This document shows, piece by piece, positions 34,885 through 44,679 of a stretch of DNA of 55,648 nt; position 1 is the stretch's first letter, and every line of letters begins with the position of its first letter. Below the pieces are notes generated by a model. The model had not been told where the DNA came from and did no database searches. It was given only the letters and a program-made list of their open reading frames with translations. Both the position numbers and the translations under genes were made by a program. The DNA is from a virus (Duplodnaviria; Caudoviricetes), in IMG/VR virus record IMGVR_UViG_3300012532_000003, positions 1-55,648 of that record; one strand, written 5' to 3'.

Positions 34885-35745
34885 TCACCTCCAAGCAGAC
34901 CGGAAACTAACGGTTAACACACTTGACCCAGCAGACTCGGCACGATACCGAATAAAGTTTTCTCCTGGAAAGATGTTGAACCAGTTTGGCAGTTGCAACG
35001 ATCCTCGCCTGTTTGCGGTGCCATTGAGTTTCACTGTTCTATAGTAGGTATCAACCGTTAAGGTATCGGACCCAGCAAGATCGATGATAAACTTCAAACT
35101 TGTACCGGCGGTATCACTGAGAATCTCCGGGTTGGTCACCGGCCCGGTCATGCTAAAGGTAGGAGGACTAGGTCTGTTGCCACTGTTCGTCACGGTTGTT
35201 CCATCACTAGTGCTCGTTGTGCCGCCGAACCCAAAGTCGAACCCAAAGTCGAACCCGAAACCTGGAAAGGTTTGAGCACCCTGAGTAATCGTGGCCTGGA
35301 TAAGAGTTGAGTCGTATATTCGAGGATCTTCGGCGTAGACACTAAATTGTATTTGGGTCGTTCCCAGCCGTCGAGCAGTTTCCCAATCGTAACGGCAGCC
35401 TAGCGGCTTGACGAATAGTACTCGTTCATTGACACCTGGAACCTTGAAGTAAAATGGTTGCAACGAGGTGCTGGGAGCGTAGTTGGCCTTCAGGGAGTCT
35501 AGGTATGACTCGATCGTGCCGGTGGAACCGTAGACTGTTCCCTCTAGCAGCACTGTTCTTCCTTTTTCGAACTCCGCGTCAATAAACCCACCATCGGTAC
35601 CTTCGTGGTCTCGCTCAGTTATCCGATATGGTGCGCTATCTAACCCCGTTACTCGGTCAATGTCGACAAACGACAAAACCGAGTCGGTGTTTAAAATTAC
35701 TCCTGAGTTACCAAGCTTAAAGGTAAGATCTTCGGTCAGCGCCAT
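34885..35745 (-). CDS. Distal tail protein (Dit)
   Basis: Follows tape measure; A.DPRIY, FGFDFGFDFG, N.GN...P, GPVTNP, RSAW. Confidence 0.85.
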   Translation of the reverse strand: MALTEDLTFKLGNSGVILNTDSVLSFVDIDRVTGLDSAPYRITERDHEGTDGGFIDAEFEKGRTVLLEGTVYGSTGTIESYLDSLKANYAPSTSLQPFYFKVPGVNERVLFVKPLGCRYDWETARRLGTTQIQFSVYAEDPRIYDSTLIQATITQGAQTFPGFGFDFGFDFGFGGTTSTSDGTTVTNSGNRPSPPTFSMTGPVTNPEILSDTAGTSLKFIIDLAGSDTLTVDTYYRTVKLNGTANRRGSLQLPNWFNIFPGENFIRYRAESAGSSVLTVSFRSAWR

Positions 35746-35746
35746 G

Positions 35747-38700
35747 TCATATCCTTGCCTGAAGCTCCCAGCCCAACTTAGCTCCCAAGGTCTTCGGATC
35801 AGGGTCGTTCGTTGTAATATGGAATGTGTTGTTTACGGTCTTACCTGACTGGGCGCCGTACCATGGACCAGCTCCATACCCTCCCATTGTCGGAGGAGCC
35901 GGCGGTGTTGTCATCTGAGCCAACCGTGATGAGGAAGCAGCAACCTCATGAAGTTTGCTCATCATGCCGCCGGCAAGCATGGAAGCTATCCTGGCACCAG
36001 ACTTGTGTGGATCCCCAGAACCAGACAGTGGGCCAATCTTGGCTGGGGAGAGCGGCAAGTGGTCCTTAATTTTCTGTGTGGTGTTCTTTATCGCGTCCGT
36101 AACCTTGTTAATCATTGAGGTTATGCCATTAATAAGCCCCTGGATGATATTTTTACCTGCATCGTATAGCCAGCTTCCAGAGCCGCTGAAGAACCCTTTG
36201 ATTTTATCCCAGACGCCGGTGACAACGCCCCAGACCTTGCTCACCTGGGTTGAGACGATACTGTAGAACCTGTTCCAAGAGTCCGAGATGATTGCCACAA
36301 TGGCGCCCCATATTACGGCTGTGGAAGTCTTAATTGAGTTAAAACGGTTAACGATAGTGCCCCAGATTTGCGCAGCTATTGAGCTGATGACTCCCCAGAC
36401 GGTTTTCAAGAAGTTCATTATATTTTCCCAATTCGCCTTGACTTCACGGACAATGGCACCCCAAACCTGACCCCAAAGATGTTGTAGCCCAAGCAGACCC
36501 CACTCAATGACAAAGAGCAAAAGGCTCATACCGAAATCAGCTATTGCCTTGATAAGATTCCAAATGGCCTTGAATAGTCCACCGAACATGGCCCAGAAAG
36601 ATTGCCAAACGCCGTTGATCCAGTTTAGACCAGCGCTAATGGCGCCCTTAATGCCTTCCCATACTGCAACAAAGAAGTTGACAATGGCTCCCCACACCGT
36701 GATAAAGAAGTCCTTGATGGCTCCCCACACCGTGTCCCAGGTCCGCTTCAGCCAATCGAGCCCTACCCCAAACACTTTCTTTACCATGATGAACATGGCG
36801 ATCATGGATACCAAGGAAGCTATGAACAGACCTATCGCAGCAATGACCGTGCCAACAAGTGCGCTGGCAAAGACAGCAACAAAAACAGCTCCAATAATGA
36901 GTGCCCACTTGACAATTTGACCAAATATGGTCAGAACCGGCTTCAGCTCTTCGCCGTTCTTTGCCCACCAATCCGCCATGTGGCTGATAGCGGGCACCAC
37001 CACGGTTTCTATGATCTCACCAATTCGCCTGAATGCCTTATCACCGAGGTCGGCTATGATTCGAGCAGCTTCTTGAATCTTTGGTATAATCTCAGTTGTC
37101 ACTTGGACTGAGAACTTGTTGAATGCCGGAATAACCTTAGACTCGATAACGTTCCATAGCTCATTAAGTGGTGGTCCTATGTACTTGTTCCACGACGCCC
37201 GGATGGATGATCCTAGCCCAAGTGCAATATCTTTCAGAATCTTCATCCGTTCGCCAACTTGGGCGATTGTCTCCCGGAATGCTTCGCTATGCTTATAAGC
37301 GAGTACTAGAGAAGCAATCAAACCGCCAATGATTGCCACTCCGCCAAACAGTATGCCGAACGTAACGAGAATGGCTGTTCCGGCAAAAGTGAAGGCAGCA
37401 ACGAAAGCGCCGATAACGCCAACAACACCCAAAAATACACCGGTCAATGTGGTCAAGGCCACGGTAACCAGCACCACATTTGCTATAAGAGTCTTCGTTG
37501 GTCCTGGCAGCTTGCTAAACCAGTCAAGAAGTCTACTGAGCGGGTTAAGTAGTTTCAGTAACGTTGGGATGAGCGCCTCGCCGAGCGCTTGTTGTAGTGC
37601 CTTCCACCTATTGCTGAGAAGTTGAGTTTTGGCCGCGGTGGTATTGGCCATCATGTCGTATGATTGCTCAAAGCTTCCGGCAGAATGTTCCATTTGACCA
37701 AGAATATCGTCAAACAGCTCCAGGTTCCCCTGAACAAGCAAAATAGCCTGGAGGAACCGTCGAGCCTGAATCGTGCCACCAGCTCCCTTGAAAATATCGA
37801 CAAGCTTAGCGATCCGTTCCTGTTCTGGAAGCCCCATAAGTCTGGCTCGAAGCTCCCGAAGGACGTCGTTCATTGGTCTGAACTTGCCGACCGCGTCGAA
37901 AACACTAATGCCGATCTTTTTCAGCTCAATAGCGGTCTTCGGATGGCTCATGGCGTCGAACGCTCGGGCCACAGCGGCGCCCGCGTTTGCAGTTGGGAGA
38001 CCCATCCGCGTGGCGGTAGACAATGCAGCGGCCATCATTTCGATGCTTTGGCCGGCGCGGACCGCAGAAGGTGTCACCAGACCAATGCGGTTTGTCCACT
38101 CCTCGTACGTACCAATACCGGTCCGAACCAACTGGAACTGGATGTCCAGCAAATGGTTCACGTCGCTAATTGGGCGTTGGAAGGCGTTGAGAATACCAAT
38201 TGTGCCTCGGGAGACCGACTGTATGTCCACCTGACCGGCAACAGCAGCCTTAGAAAATGACACTAAAAGCTGTTCGGCTTCCTTAGTGCCAACTTCCAAC
38301 GAGGAGAAGATGTCATACAGTGCTGTTTGAACCTCTTCAAATGGCACGGCAATGGTTCGGGCAACTCTCAGACCCATGTCCGAGAGATCTTTAACATCTG
38401 CGGTGAAGTTTCGAACCTGGGTTGCGGTTAATCTGGTTTGACGCTCGTACTCAATGGTTACGTCGAGTGCCCTTTTAATTCCAACGATGCCGGCAATACC
38501 AAACACAGACAGGGCAAAACCAGCCGCGAATGCTGTTTGCGACATGGCTTGCATACGCATGGACAACTGCTGCAAGCGTTGACTGTGCATGGCCATCGCT
38601 GCGTCGGCTGCTTTGAGCTTTTCTGCTTCGAAGTCGTAGGCCCTAGCCGTGGCCTGGAGAGCTTGGACACGCTGGCCGAGAGCCATCTTCTCTTGGGCCA

Positions 38701-39103
38701 TGTTTGCTCTTTGAGCAGAAGACGTCTTGCTCAGTACGTTAGCTCTGTTGTTAAGCTCGGTGATTTCTCGGCGAAGTGCACCCGACTGCTGGTCAGTGAG
38801 CGCATTGTCCCGGGCCAGAACGTCATGGTGTTCTCGGACGTAGGCAGCCTGAACTCGCAACGCGCGAGCTTCTTGATCAAGACCGGCTATATGGCGCTGG
38901 ATCCCTTGGATGTTCTGTGCCTGAGCACTGTTCGTTCGTAGCAGCTCTGCATTTCTTCGTAATGTCGCCGCGCCAGCCTCAAGCTGTGCAATCCGCACTG
39001 AGTTTCCAGCGTTGCGAACAGCTCGGGAAAATGAGTTTAGCGCATGGGTAGCCTGGTCTTTAGCCTTGAGAACAACCCAGAGATCTCTGGAGTTAAGAGC
39101 CAT
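35747..39103 (-). CDS. Tape measure protein
   Basis: 1118 aa; coiled coil, TM region, W/F 11-residue repeats, LP.SPAK.GPLSG. Confidence 0.95.
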   Translation of the reverse strand: MALNSRDLWVVLKAKDQATHALNSFSRAVRNAGNSVRIAQLEAGAATLRRNAELLRTNSAQAQNIQGIQRHIAGLDQEARALRVQAAYVREHHDVLARDNALTDQQSGALRREITELNNRANVLSKTSSAQRANMAQEKMALGQRVQALQATARAYDFEAEKLKAADAAMAMHSQRLQQLSMRMQAMSQTAFAAGFALSVFGIAGIVGIKRALDVTIEYERQTRLTATQVRNFTADVKDLSDMGLRVARTIAVPFEEVQTALYDIFSSLEVGTKEAEQLLVSFSKAAVAGQVDIQSVSRGTIGILNAFQRPISDVNHLLDIQFQLVRTGIGTYEEWTNRIGLVTPSAVRAGQSIEMMAAALSTATRMGLPTANAGAAVARAFDAMSHPKTAIELKKIGISVFDAVGKFRPMNDVLRELRARLMGLPEQERIAKLVDIFKGAGGTIQARRFLQAILLVQGNLELFDDILGQMEHSAGSFEQSYDMMANTTAAKTQLLSNRWKALQQALGEALIPTLLKLLNPLSRLLDWFSKLPGPTKTLIANVVLVTVALTTLTGVFLGVVGVIGAFVAAFTFAGTAILVTFGILFGGVAIIGGLIASLVLAYKHSEAFRETIAQVGERMKILKDIALGLGSSIRASWNKYIGPPLNELWNVIESKVIPAFNKFSVQVTTEIIPKIQEAARIIADLGDKAFRRIGEIIETVVVPAISHMADWWAKNGEELKPVLTIFGQIVKWALIIGAVFVAVFASALVGTVIAAIGLFIASLVSMIAMFIMVKKVFGVGLDWLKRTWDTVWGAIKDFFITVWGAIVNFFVAVWEGIKGAISAGLNWINGVWQSFWAMFGGLFKAIWNLIKAIADFGMSLLLFVIEWGLLGLQHLWGQVWGAIVREVKANWENIMNFLKTVWGVISSIAAQIWGTIVNRFNSIKTSTAVIWGAIVAIISDSWNRFYSIVSTQVSKVWGVVTGVWDKIKGFFSGSGSWLYDAGKNIIQGLINGITSMINKVTDAIKNTTQKIKDHLPLSPAKIGPLSGSGDPHKSGARIASMLAGGMMSKLHEVAASSSRLAQMTTPPAPPTMGGYGAGPWYGAQSGKTVNNTFHITTNDPDPKTLGAKLGWELQARI

Positions 39104-39121
39104 CCAGCACCTCCGGACCTC

Positions 39122-39364
39122 TCACTTAGCTTGGCGAGCGTCCAACTCCGCCCTGGCTCTCTGACACGAAATGGCATGCCGCATCAAGAAAACGAAATAA
39201 CTGTCTTGATCCAAGAGACCCCCACTTCGTGGCAAAACTCCGAATTCTTGACATGACACCAACGTCTCGACAAATGTTACTGCCTGAGTTACCATCCATG
39301 CATTATTGTTGTCATACTTAATCTTGCGATTCGGAATCATAATGATCTTCCGAATCTCTTCCAT
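39122..39364 (-). CDS. Tail assembly chaperone, -1 frameshift (GT) extension
   Basis: GVLPRSGGLLDQD motif; in the -1 frame of the upstream gene at A AAA AAC. Confidence 0.8.
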   Translation of the reverse strand: MEEIRKIIMIPNRKIKYDNNNAWMVTQAVTFVETLVSCQEFGVLPRSGGLLDQDSYFVFLMRHAISCQRARAELDARQAK

Positions 39365-39726
39365 TAGTTTTTTGTTTCTGGAAGATCCTCAAATGAGTTC
39401 AGCTTCTCGATAAGGCTGCTTATCTCCTCACCGACTCTTGGGTCAAGAGTTGTGATGTCCCGTTGGTTTCCGAAGTTCAGCTTGCGTTCATTCTCGTCGG
39501 TAATATTGTGGTCAATAATGAGGTTTCCAAAGTCCTTGAATGTCATTTTCTTCATTAACATCTTCAGCTCAAACTGATTGCTTTCGCCGGTCGTCCGCAT
39601 GTTCAGCATGTCATCCTGGCGATCCAACTTTTCTCCGAAATTCATTCTTCTAATAACAACGTAGGCTCCAGGCAACGTTGTAAGGTCAAACTGCTCGGTG
39701 TTTCTGGTAACGGTACCTACAGGCAT
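39364..39726 (-). CDS. Tail assembly chaperone (G)
   Basis: Between tail tube and tape measure genes; AAGAGG RBS, ATG 39726. Confidence 0.8.
   Translation of the reverse strand: MPVGTVTRNTEQFDLTTLPGAYVVIRRMNFGEKLDRQDDMLNMRTTGESNQFELKMLMKKMTFKDFGNLIIDHNITDENERKLNFGNQRDITTLDPRVGEEISSLIEKLNSFEDLPETKN
39367..39373 (-). other. Programmed -1 frameshift heptamer A AAA AAC
   Basis: ACA AAA AAC TAA; a -1 slip reads AAA CTA ATG GAA into the next ORF. Confidence 0.8.
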
Positions 39727-39763
39727 TATAATCCTCTTCCACAACCTAATAAAAAATTAACCG

Positions 39764-41029
39764 TCACGTGGTGTCTTCTTGGCTCTTGATGGTTAGCGTG
39801 TATGACTCGCCGGTCGTGTTGATAACATTCTGATAAGTAATGGAAGCCCGAACCAACTCACCCTGCCCAGCGTTGGAAACCTCGTATGTGTCCTTAACGG
39901 CTACTGGGGAAACAATGTTAAGCTGGTTGTTCACACCCTTTGAGCAAGACATGGTGACACTCTGGGCTGTAAGCGCCTTGAATGCGTCAAAATCGGTCCT
40001 AGACTCAAAGTCTCGCTCCAGCTTCATCGTTGCGTTACGCTCACCGTACTTGATGAACTGAGCGCCACGGCTGGTACTCTTCAACCGGAACTGTGCCTCA
40101 GCGTTATTTTCTACGGTAAACTCGAAGCTGTCAGTGTCGAGGACCGGAGTTCCTGTTGGAATTTCAATGCTGTATTGACCAGCTCCGAATGGCACGGTCG
40201 TCGGCCAGGTCGGAGTTGGAGCAGTTTGCACTGCTTCGTCGCGACCAAGAATATTCATGTTCAACATGAGAATGCCGTCTTCTGGAGTGAATGTGAACGA
40301 GGAGACGACACATCCGGTAAAACCGAACACGATGTTGTTACGAACAACGGTGATTGAGAGCGTCTTCGCTGGGATAGCGTTTGGGGTAGGCGTAAAAGTG
40401 TAGGTAAAGTTAGGAGCAGTACCAGTTTTAACCAGGGAATGTCGGCCCGCAGACATGAAGTAAATGCAAACGTCCTCCATACCCTCAATGGAAAGGTCAC
40501 CCTCGACATTGAAGTTACCAGGAACCGCACCAATGACATCAGCGGACTGACGAATCGGACGCCGGAAGATGGTGGACTGAACGGATGTGAGCGACTCGGA
40601 CATAAACGGAACAAATTTCGATGGTGCTACGTATACCCCAGAGTTGCTCGCCGTGTTCAAGCTCGGATACGCGCCAGAAGGCGAGCCGGGAGTTGTGTCA
40701 ACGTCCGTGGTAACCGCACCAACGGTCTTATAAAGTAGCTCGGTGCCGGTGGCACCGCCCGCCGCTGTCTTGTAGAGCTTGTAACCAGTGGCGCCGGTCA
40801 CCGCAACCCAAGTGACGGTAACCGTAGAGGTAGAACCGGTTGTTACGATTGTCTGCTCATTGCTCGCGGTCGTCTCGCCATTTGCGTTGATTGCTGTTAC
40901 CACATACTTATATGTACCAGCGGTGATGGTACCGCCGGTTGTTGCAGTGGCAAGTGCGGACTGGACTGGAGGTGATAAAACCTCAAAGGCAATCCCCATG
41001 ATTCCAGCAGCGCCAATACCAGGTGCGAT
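39764..41029 (-). CDS. Major tail (tube) protein with inserted FN3-like domain; probable ATC start
   Basis: GIAFE...GVYVAP.KFVP...ESL; SD AAGGGGGTGA 6 nt before ATC 41029; first ATG is 40999. Confidence 0.88.
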   Translation of the reverse strand: MAPGIGAAGIMGIAFEVLSPPVQSALATATTGGTITAGTYKYVVTAINANGETTASNEQTIVTTGSTSTVTVTWVAVTGATGYKLYKTAAGGATGTELLYKTVGAVTTDVDTTPGSPSGAYPSLNTASNSGVYVAPSKFVPFMSESLTSVQSTIFRRPIRQSADVIGAVPGNFNVEGDLSIEGMEDVCIYFMSAGRHSLVKTGTAPNFTYTFTPTPNAIPAKTLSITVVRNNIVFGFTGCVVSSFTFTPEDGILMLNMNILGRDEAVQTAPTPTWPTTVPFGAGQYSIEIPTGTPVLDTDSFEFTVENNAEAQFRLKSTSRGAQFIKYGERNATMKLERDFESRTDFDAFKALTAQSVTMSCSKGVNNQLNIVSPVAVKDTYEVSNAGQGELVRASITYQNVINTTGESYTLTIKSQEDTT

Positions 41030-41043
41030 TTTAACTCACCCCC

Positions 41044-41304
41044 TTACGATCCGAACTCCGCTACTACATCCGCCAAACCAACCTTGCTTTCCTCAACCTC
41101 CTCGGTAGCTTCCACAGCTTCCTCGGGAACTTCTTCCTCCTCGGACAAAGTTACCTTTATGAAGGAGGGAAGGTTGGCCGAACCCACGTCCACGTTATGA
41201 TACGTCCGAAAACGGTCTTGGTCAACCTCGACCTGGACACCCGGAGTGAGCAAGCCAACGCCATCTATGGTGACTTCGCGATCAGACTCAAGGTACGTTG
41301 CCAT
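41044..41304 (-). CDS. Small acidic virion-region protein
   Basis: AGGAG RBS, ATG 41304. Confidence 0.7.
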   Translation of the reverse strand: MATYLESDREVTIDGVGLLTPGVQVEVDQDRFRTYHNVDVGSANLPSFIKVTLSEEEEVPEEAVEATEEVEESKVGLADVVAEFGS

Positions 41305-41311
41305 ATTGCTC

Positions 41312-41767
41312 CTAAGACGACGATAGGTACGTCTTGGTTTTACCAATGAACGTCATTCGGACGGTTCGGAACGCGGACCCCTGAATGAACGTTTCTCCCG
41401 GGTCCCACTCGTTAACAAACCCATGGATAAGAATGCCACCGAGCGTTACATCTGAATGAATCTTGACTTCGACCGCTTCGGCAAGCTGGTCTACCGCCAG
41501 CCGTTCGGCGAACTCATCACCAACCTTTGAGCTATGAACATCTATAAATACCGACATCTCGTTCATAACCCGGCCGCCTGGTGCGGATACTCCGGCTAAG
41601 TCCCGACGTTTTGTTCCAGGATTCACCACAACAGCCGGAGACGACGGTATCATATTCTGGTTACCAAACAGAACAATGTTGATCCCGAGAGAACCTTTGT
41701 TTGCGTTGATGAGATTGTAAAGGGCCACGGCTACCACTGTTACGTTGTCAGTGTGAGGCACTATCAA
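41312..41767 (-). CDS. Putative tail terminator
   Basis: Position; D.TLGG motif. Confidence 0.65.
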   Translation of the reverse strand: MIVPHTDNVTVVAVALYNLINANKGSLGINIVLFGNQNMIPSSPAVVVNPGTKRRDLAGVSAPGGRVMNEMSVFIDVHSSKVGDEFAERLAVDQLAEAVEVKIHSDVTLGGILIHGFVNEWDPGETFIQGSAFRTVRMTFIGKTKTYLSSS

Positions 41768-42255
41768 GCACCTCCCTGCTGTTGTAACTTCCGGTCTATC
41801 CAGTCACTGAACACGTCAACAATAGACTCGACGTCCTCCCGCTGATACAAAATGTATGGCCGGGCCGGCATGTGTCGAGTGCCGCCTTGATGGAACGCAG
41901 CGTAGGAGGCGAATGGGCCAATTGGTGAGTACATGATGTCACGACTCACACGCCAAATGTTAATTTGTGTTGCCTTACGGAAGAGATAACCAGTTCGCCG
42001 AAGAATTGGGTGTGCTGACCTACGGATCTGCACCGTTATCTCAGCTAGCTGTTCCCACGGTGGGCGACCCTCTGCCTCGAAGTTGCGGCGAATAGATGGA
42101 ATTATTACCTTCCGGAGCGACTCGTTAAAAGGTTCTCGAAAGTCAGAAAAGATTCTCTTCACTCGCTCCAGATCGTCAACCTCAGCCAACACCTGTGGCC
42201 AAAACCCATCGCCGATTGAGATTGCTGGAAACTGGTAAATAACTTGCTTAGCCAC
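41764..42255 (-). CDS. Virion morphogenesis / tail completion protein (Mu gpG-like)
   Basis: RNFEAEGRP.W..LA, IL.RTG.L, YAAFHQ.GT..MPARPY. Confidence 0.85.
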   Translation of the reverse strand: MAKQVIYQFPAISIGDGFWPQVLAEVDDLERVKRIFSDFREPFNESLRKVIIPSIRRNFEAEGRPPWEQLAEITVQIRRSAHPILRRTGYLFRKATQINIWRVSRDIMYSPIGPFASYAAFHQGGTRHMPARPYILYQREDVESIVDVFSDWIDRKLQQQGGA

Positions 42256-42704
42256 TAGAAAACTCTACCGATGCTAAATTTCGCAGGGCCCAACGACGTA
42301 TCGTCGGAAGTTGGATTCAATGCACTTGATGCGTCATTAGGGTAAAAGCTGGCTTCTTGAGGACTTGATGCTACTACTCCTGGTATCTCGATAGTACCAT
42401 CAAGCAAGCCCATGATAAGCTGCTCTGCATTGGTCTTAATTTGTTGAGCATACTGGTTTGACTCGCTTTGATTCTCACTATACAGTTTGTCGTAAAGCCA
42501 ACCAGCATACATCTTCGCGATGATAACTTGAATCAGTCGCGGTGTAGCAGAGCTATCTAGCCAGGCTGAGGTATCGTAAACCGTACCAACCCTGGCTAAT
42601 ACTTCGGTTTCAATTTGGTCAAGGTGTTCTAAGTCCAAGGCTTGGACATTGAGTTTTGAACTCTCAACCCAAGCCCGAACGTCTTCCGTAACTATCCTTG
42701 GCAT
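42255..42704 (-). CDS. Head-tail adaptor (Mu gp36-like)
   Basis: Position; TPRLI..I....A...Y pattern, C-terminal F.IGRVF. Confidence 0.7.
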   Translation of the reverse strand: MPRIVTEDVRAWVESSKLNVQALDLEHLDQIETEVLARVGTVYDTSAWLDSSATPRLIQVIIAKMYAGWLYDKLYSENQSESNQYAQQIKTNAEQLIMGLLDGTIEIPGVVASSPQEASFYPNDASSALNPTSDDTSLGPAKFSIGRVF

Positions 42705-42709
42705 TATCC

Positions 42710-43042
42710 CTACTTAGCACCGGCTGCCTTTGCCGGTGCAACCTTAGCCGGGACTGCCTTTTCCGAAGGCATCTTTTCCGGAGATGTAACAGTGGTGTCC
42801 GGGCCGGGCGTAGGCTCTGAGACGGGTGGTTTCGGAGTGCTTACCTCTTCCTCCCATGGTGCCGGTTCCTCGGGTTTCACCATCTCCTCTACCGTGCTAG
42901 AGTCCCGAATCTCAATGGCACCATTGTCATAAAGCTGGCGAAGCTCCTCTTTCGAGAAGTCGTCAGCCTTCAGCTCCGAGCCGGCGTCATACCACTTGCC
43001 GCTGTGGTTTATGTTGGTAACTGCATAGATCTGCTTAGCCAT
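42710..43042 (-). CDS. Head-associated hypothetical protein
   Basis: AAGGAG RBS; I.H.GK.Y.AG...L...GAI, Pro/Ala/Lys tail. Confidence 0.75.
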   Translation of the reverse strand: MAKQIYAVTNINHSGKWYDAGSELKADDFSKEELRQLYDNGAIEIRDSSTVEEMVKPEEPAPWEEEVSTPKPPVSEPTPGPDTTVTSPEKMPSEKAVPAKVAPAKAAGAK

Positions 43043-43285
43043 TAATGCTCCTTGATAATCACGTCGTATGTCTTAGTAACGTCAAATGGAGCACCAACAG
43101 GTGACGAAACTATAACGCTTATTGAAACGTCATCATGTGGTGAAGATGTTCCTCCTACGTTAAGCGCTGCACTCCAACCATTACTGCCAAAGCGCTGCAC
43201 TCCAACCATTACTGCCAAAGTGCTGTACTGACATACTAGAAACCAACATGTTAGATTTATCGTATACCACGTCTCCGCTTGCCAT
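43042..43285 (-). pseudogene. 71-aa gene frameshifted by a 28-bp tandem duplication
   Basis: TAATG coupling at both ends; 244-28=216 nt restores MASGDVVYDK...FDVTKTYDVIIKEH. Confidence 0.8.
43162..43217. repeat. Perfect 28-bp tandem repeat x2
   Basis: AAGCGCTGCACTCCAACCATTACTGCCA twice, followed by the imperfect AAGTGCTGTACT. Confidence 0.95.
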
Positions 43286-44244
43286 TACAAGACGGCCGCC
43301 TTAATCAGGTATCCAGCGATCGACTTGCTAGTAGAACCAAGCGCGGTAAGCTTCAAGTCGTAGTACCGGCAAACTCGAACAACGTCGGACTTACGCTTCT
43401 CTTCCCGCCAACGGTCTACAGTCTGCTGGCCCCAAGTGAACTCGTATCCATAGGCTGGAATCTTCAGGCCAGGAGCGCCAGGAACGTAAGCCATGACAAC
43501 ATCCTTACCCCACAGGTAACCAAGCGATGGGGTTTGACCAAGGTTCGCGGTGTTAACGCCAACACCAGGGACAATCACACGCTGGAAGCCAAGGATCGCA
43601 GCAAGCAGCTCAGGGGAGAAAATTGCCCGCTCAGAGTACTTAATGCGCTCCAGGAAGTCCGGGTGGTCTTCCAGCTTTGCCATGACCTGGTAAGGAATAA
43701 CCAGAACGTTTGGCTCAAGGAACAAGCCGGAGTGAATCTTAGACTTTCCAGTCCGGAGGTCGGAAATCGGGTCCGAGTTGGCGTAGTCACTCCACTGTGC
43801 AGTACCAGAAAGAGTCGTAGAGTAGCCGGACTCATAGTTCACAGTAGCAGTTGCTAGGGTCTGCATGGCACGTTCTCGGCCAAGCATGATCTTCGAAGTA
43901 ACGAGGTTCGTGCCATCACGGTCTGGGTTCAGAGGAGAGTCCGCGTTTTCGCGCTCCTCATCGGTGACCGCAATCTGCAACGAGTGCTCTTGTGCATAGT
44001 ATGTGTCCGTGGACACAGTAAGACCAGTGACCTCGTTCGCCTCAGTACCAGGCGCCCGGAAGTCGTCTTCAGGCAGCCAGCCCTCGCGACCGAACACATA
44101 GTATCTATCGGACTGCTTCCGAACCGTCACAGACGGGAAAAGCGCAGCACCGGCAAGACCAAGTGTTGGCCAACCTACACTAATCTGGGTGAGAACCTGG
44201 TCAACGTGGACATTGCTGCTACCAGACGATGCGTAAACAGGCAT
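43285..44244 (-). CDS. Major capsid protein (phage cap E-like)
   Basis: HVDQVLTQISVG, LFP.V.V.K, RAPG, WSD...SDPI.D, PAYGYEF. Confidence 0.92.
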   Translation of the reverse strand: MPVYASSGSSNVHVDQVLTQISVGWPTLGLAGAALFPSVTVRKQSDRYYVFGREGWLPEDDFRAPGTEANEVTGLTVSTDTYYAQEHSLQIAVTDEERENADSPLNPDRDGTNLVTSKIMLGRERAMQTLATATVNYESGYSTTLSGTAQWSDYANSDPISDLRTGKSKIHSGLFLEPNVLVIPYQVMAKLEDHPDFLERIKYSERAIFSPELLAAILGFQRVIVPGVGVNTANLGQTPSLGYLWGKDVVMAYVPGAPGLKIPAYGYEFTWGQQTVDRWREEKRKSDVVRVCRYYDLKLTALGSTSKSIAGYLIKAAVL

Positions 44245-44660
44245 TATGCCACCATACCAGGAGTCAGAAGGATGTCGACAATGTCGCCGTCGGCCAATGT
44301 TCCACCAAAACCGACGACAATACCAACAACAAAGTTAGTAGAAGTGGCCAGCAGAACGCCGCCACCAGTACCAGCCATCACCTTGGAACCTATGACTAAG
44401 CTTGCCGCTGTAGTAACAAAGACCTTGGTAATGCCCAGCATCCGTACGTCAGCAACAACCTTGCCTGTGGCAACCTTTGCTGCATCTACGGCCTCTTGAA
44501 CCACACCGAGCGAGAGTGTGGCTGCGGTTGCATTCAGGTCAATGGTCTGACCGGTCGCAGTCTTCACACAACGGTAAGGTGTGACACCTGCCGCAGCGGA
44601 GCTGTTGTAGGTCGAAAGGACCTTATACCCTTTATCAAGTACATAACTAGCGCCTGCCAT
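44244..44660 (-). CDS. Capsid cement/decoration protein (DUF2190-like)
   Basis: Between protease and capsid genes; GVVQEA, DGDIVDILL. Confidence 0.8.
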   Translation of the reverse strand: MAGASYVLDKGYKVLSTYNSSAAAGVTPYRCVKTATGQTIDLNATAATLSLGVVQEAVDAAKVATGKVVADVRMLGITKVFVTTAASLVIGSKVMAGTGGGVLLATSTNFVVGIVVGFGGTLADGDIVDILLTPGMVA

Positions 44661-44679
44661 ATCTCAGTCACACCTCCCT

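Noticed and set aside
35225-35260. 12-bp tandem repeat in the distal tail gene
   Set aside because: Encodes the FGFDFGFDFG aromatic loop typical of Dit proteins
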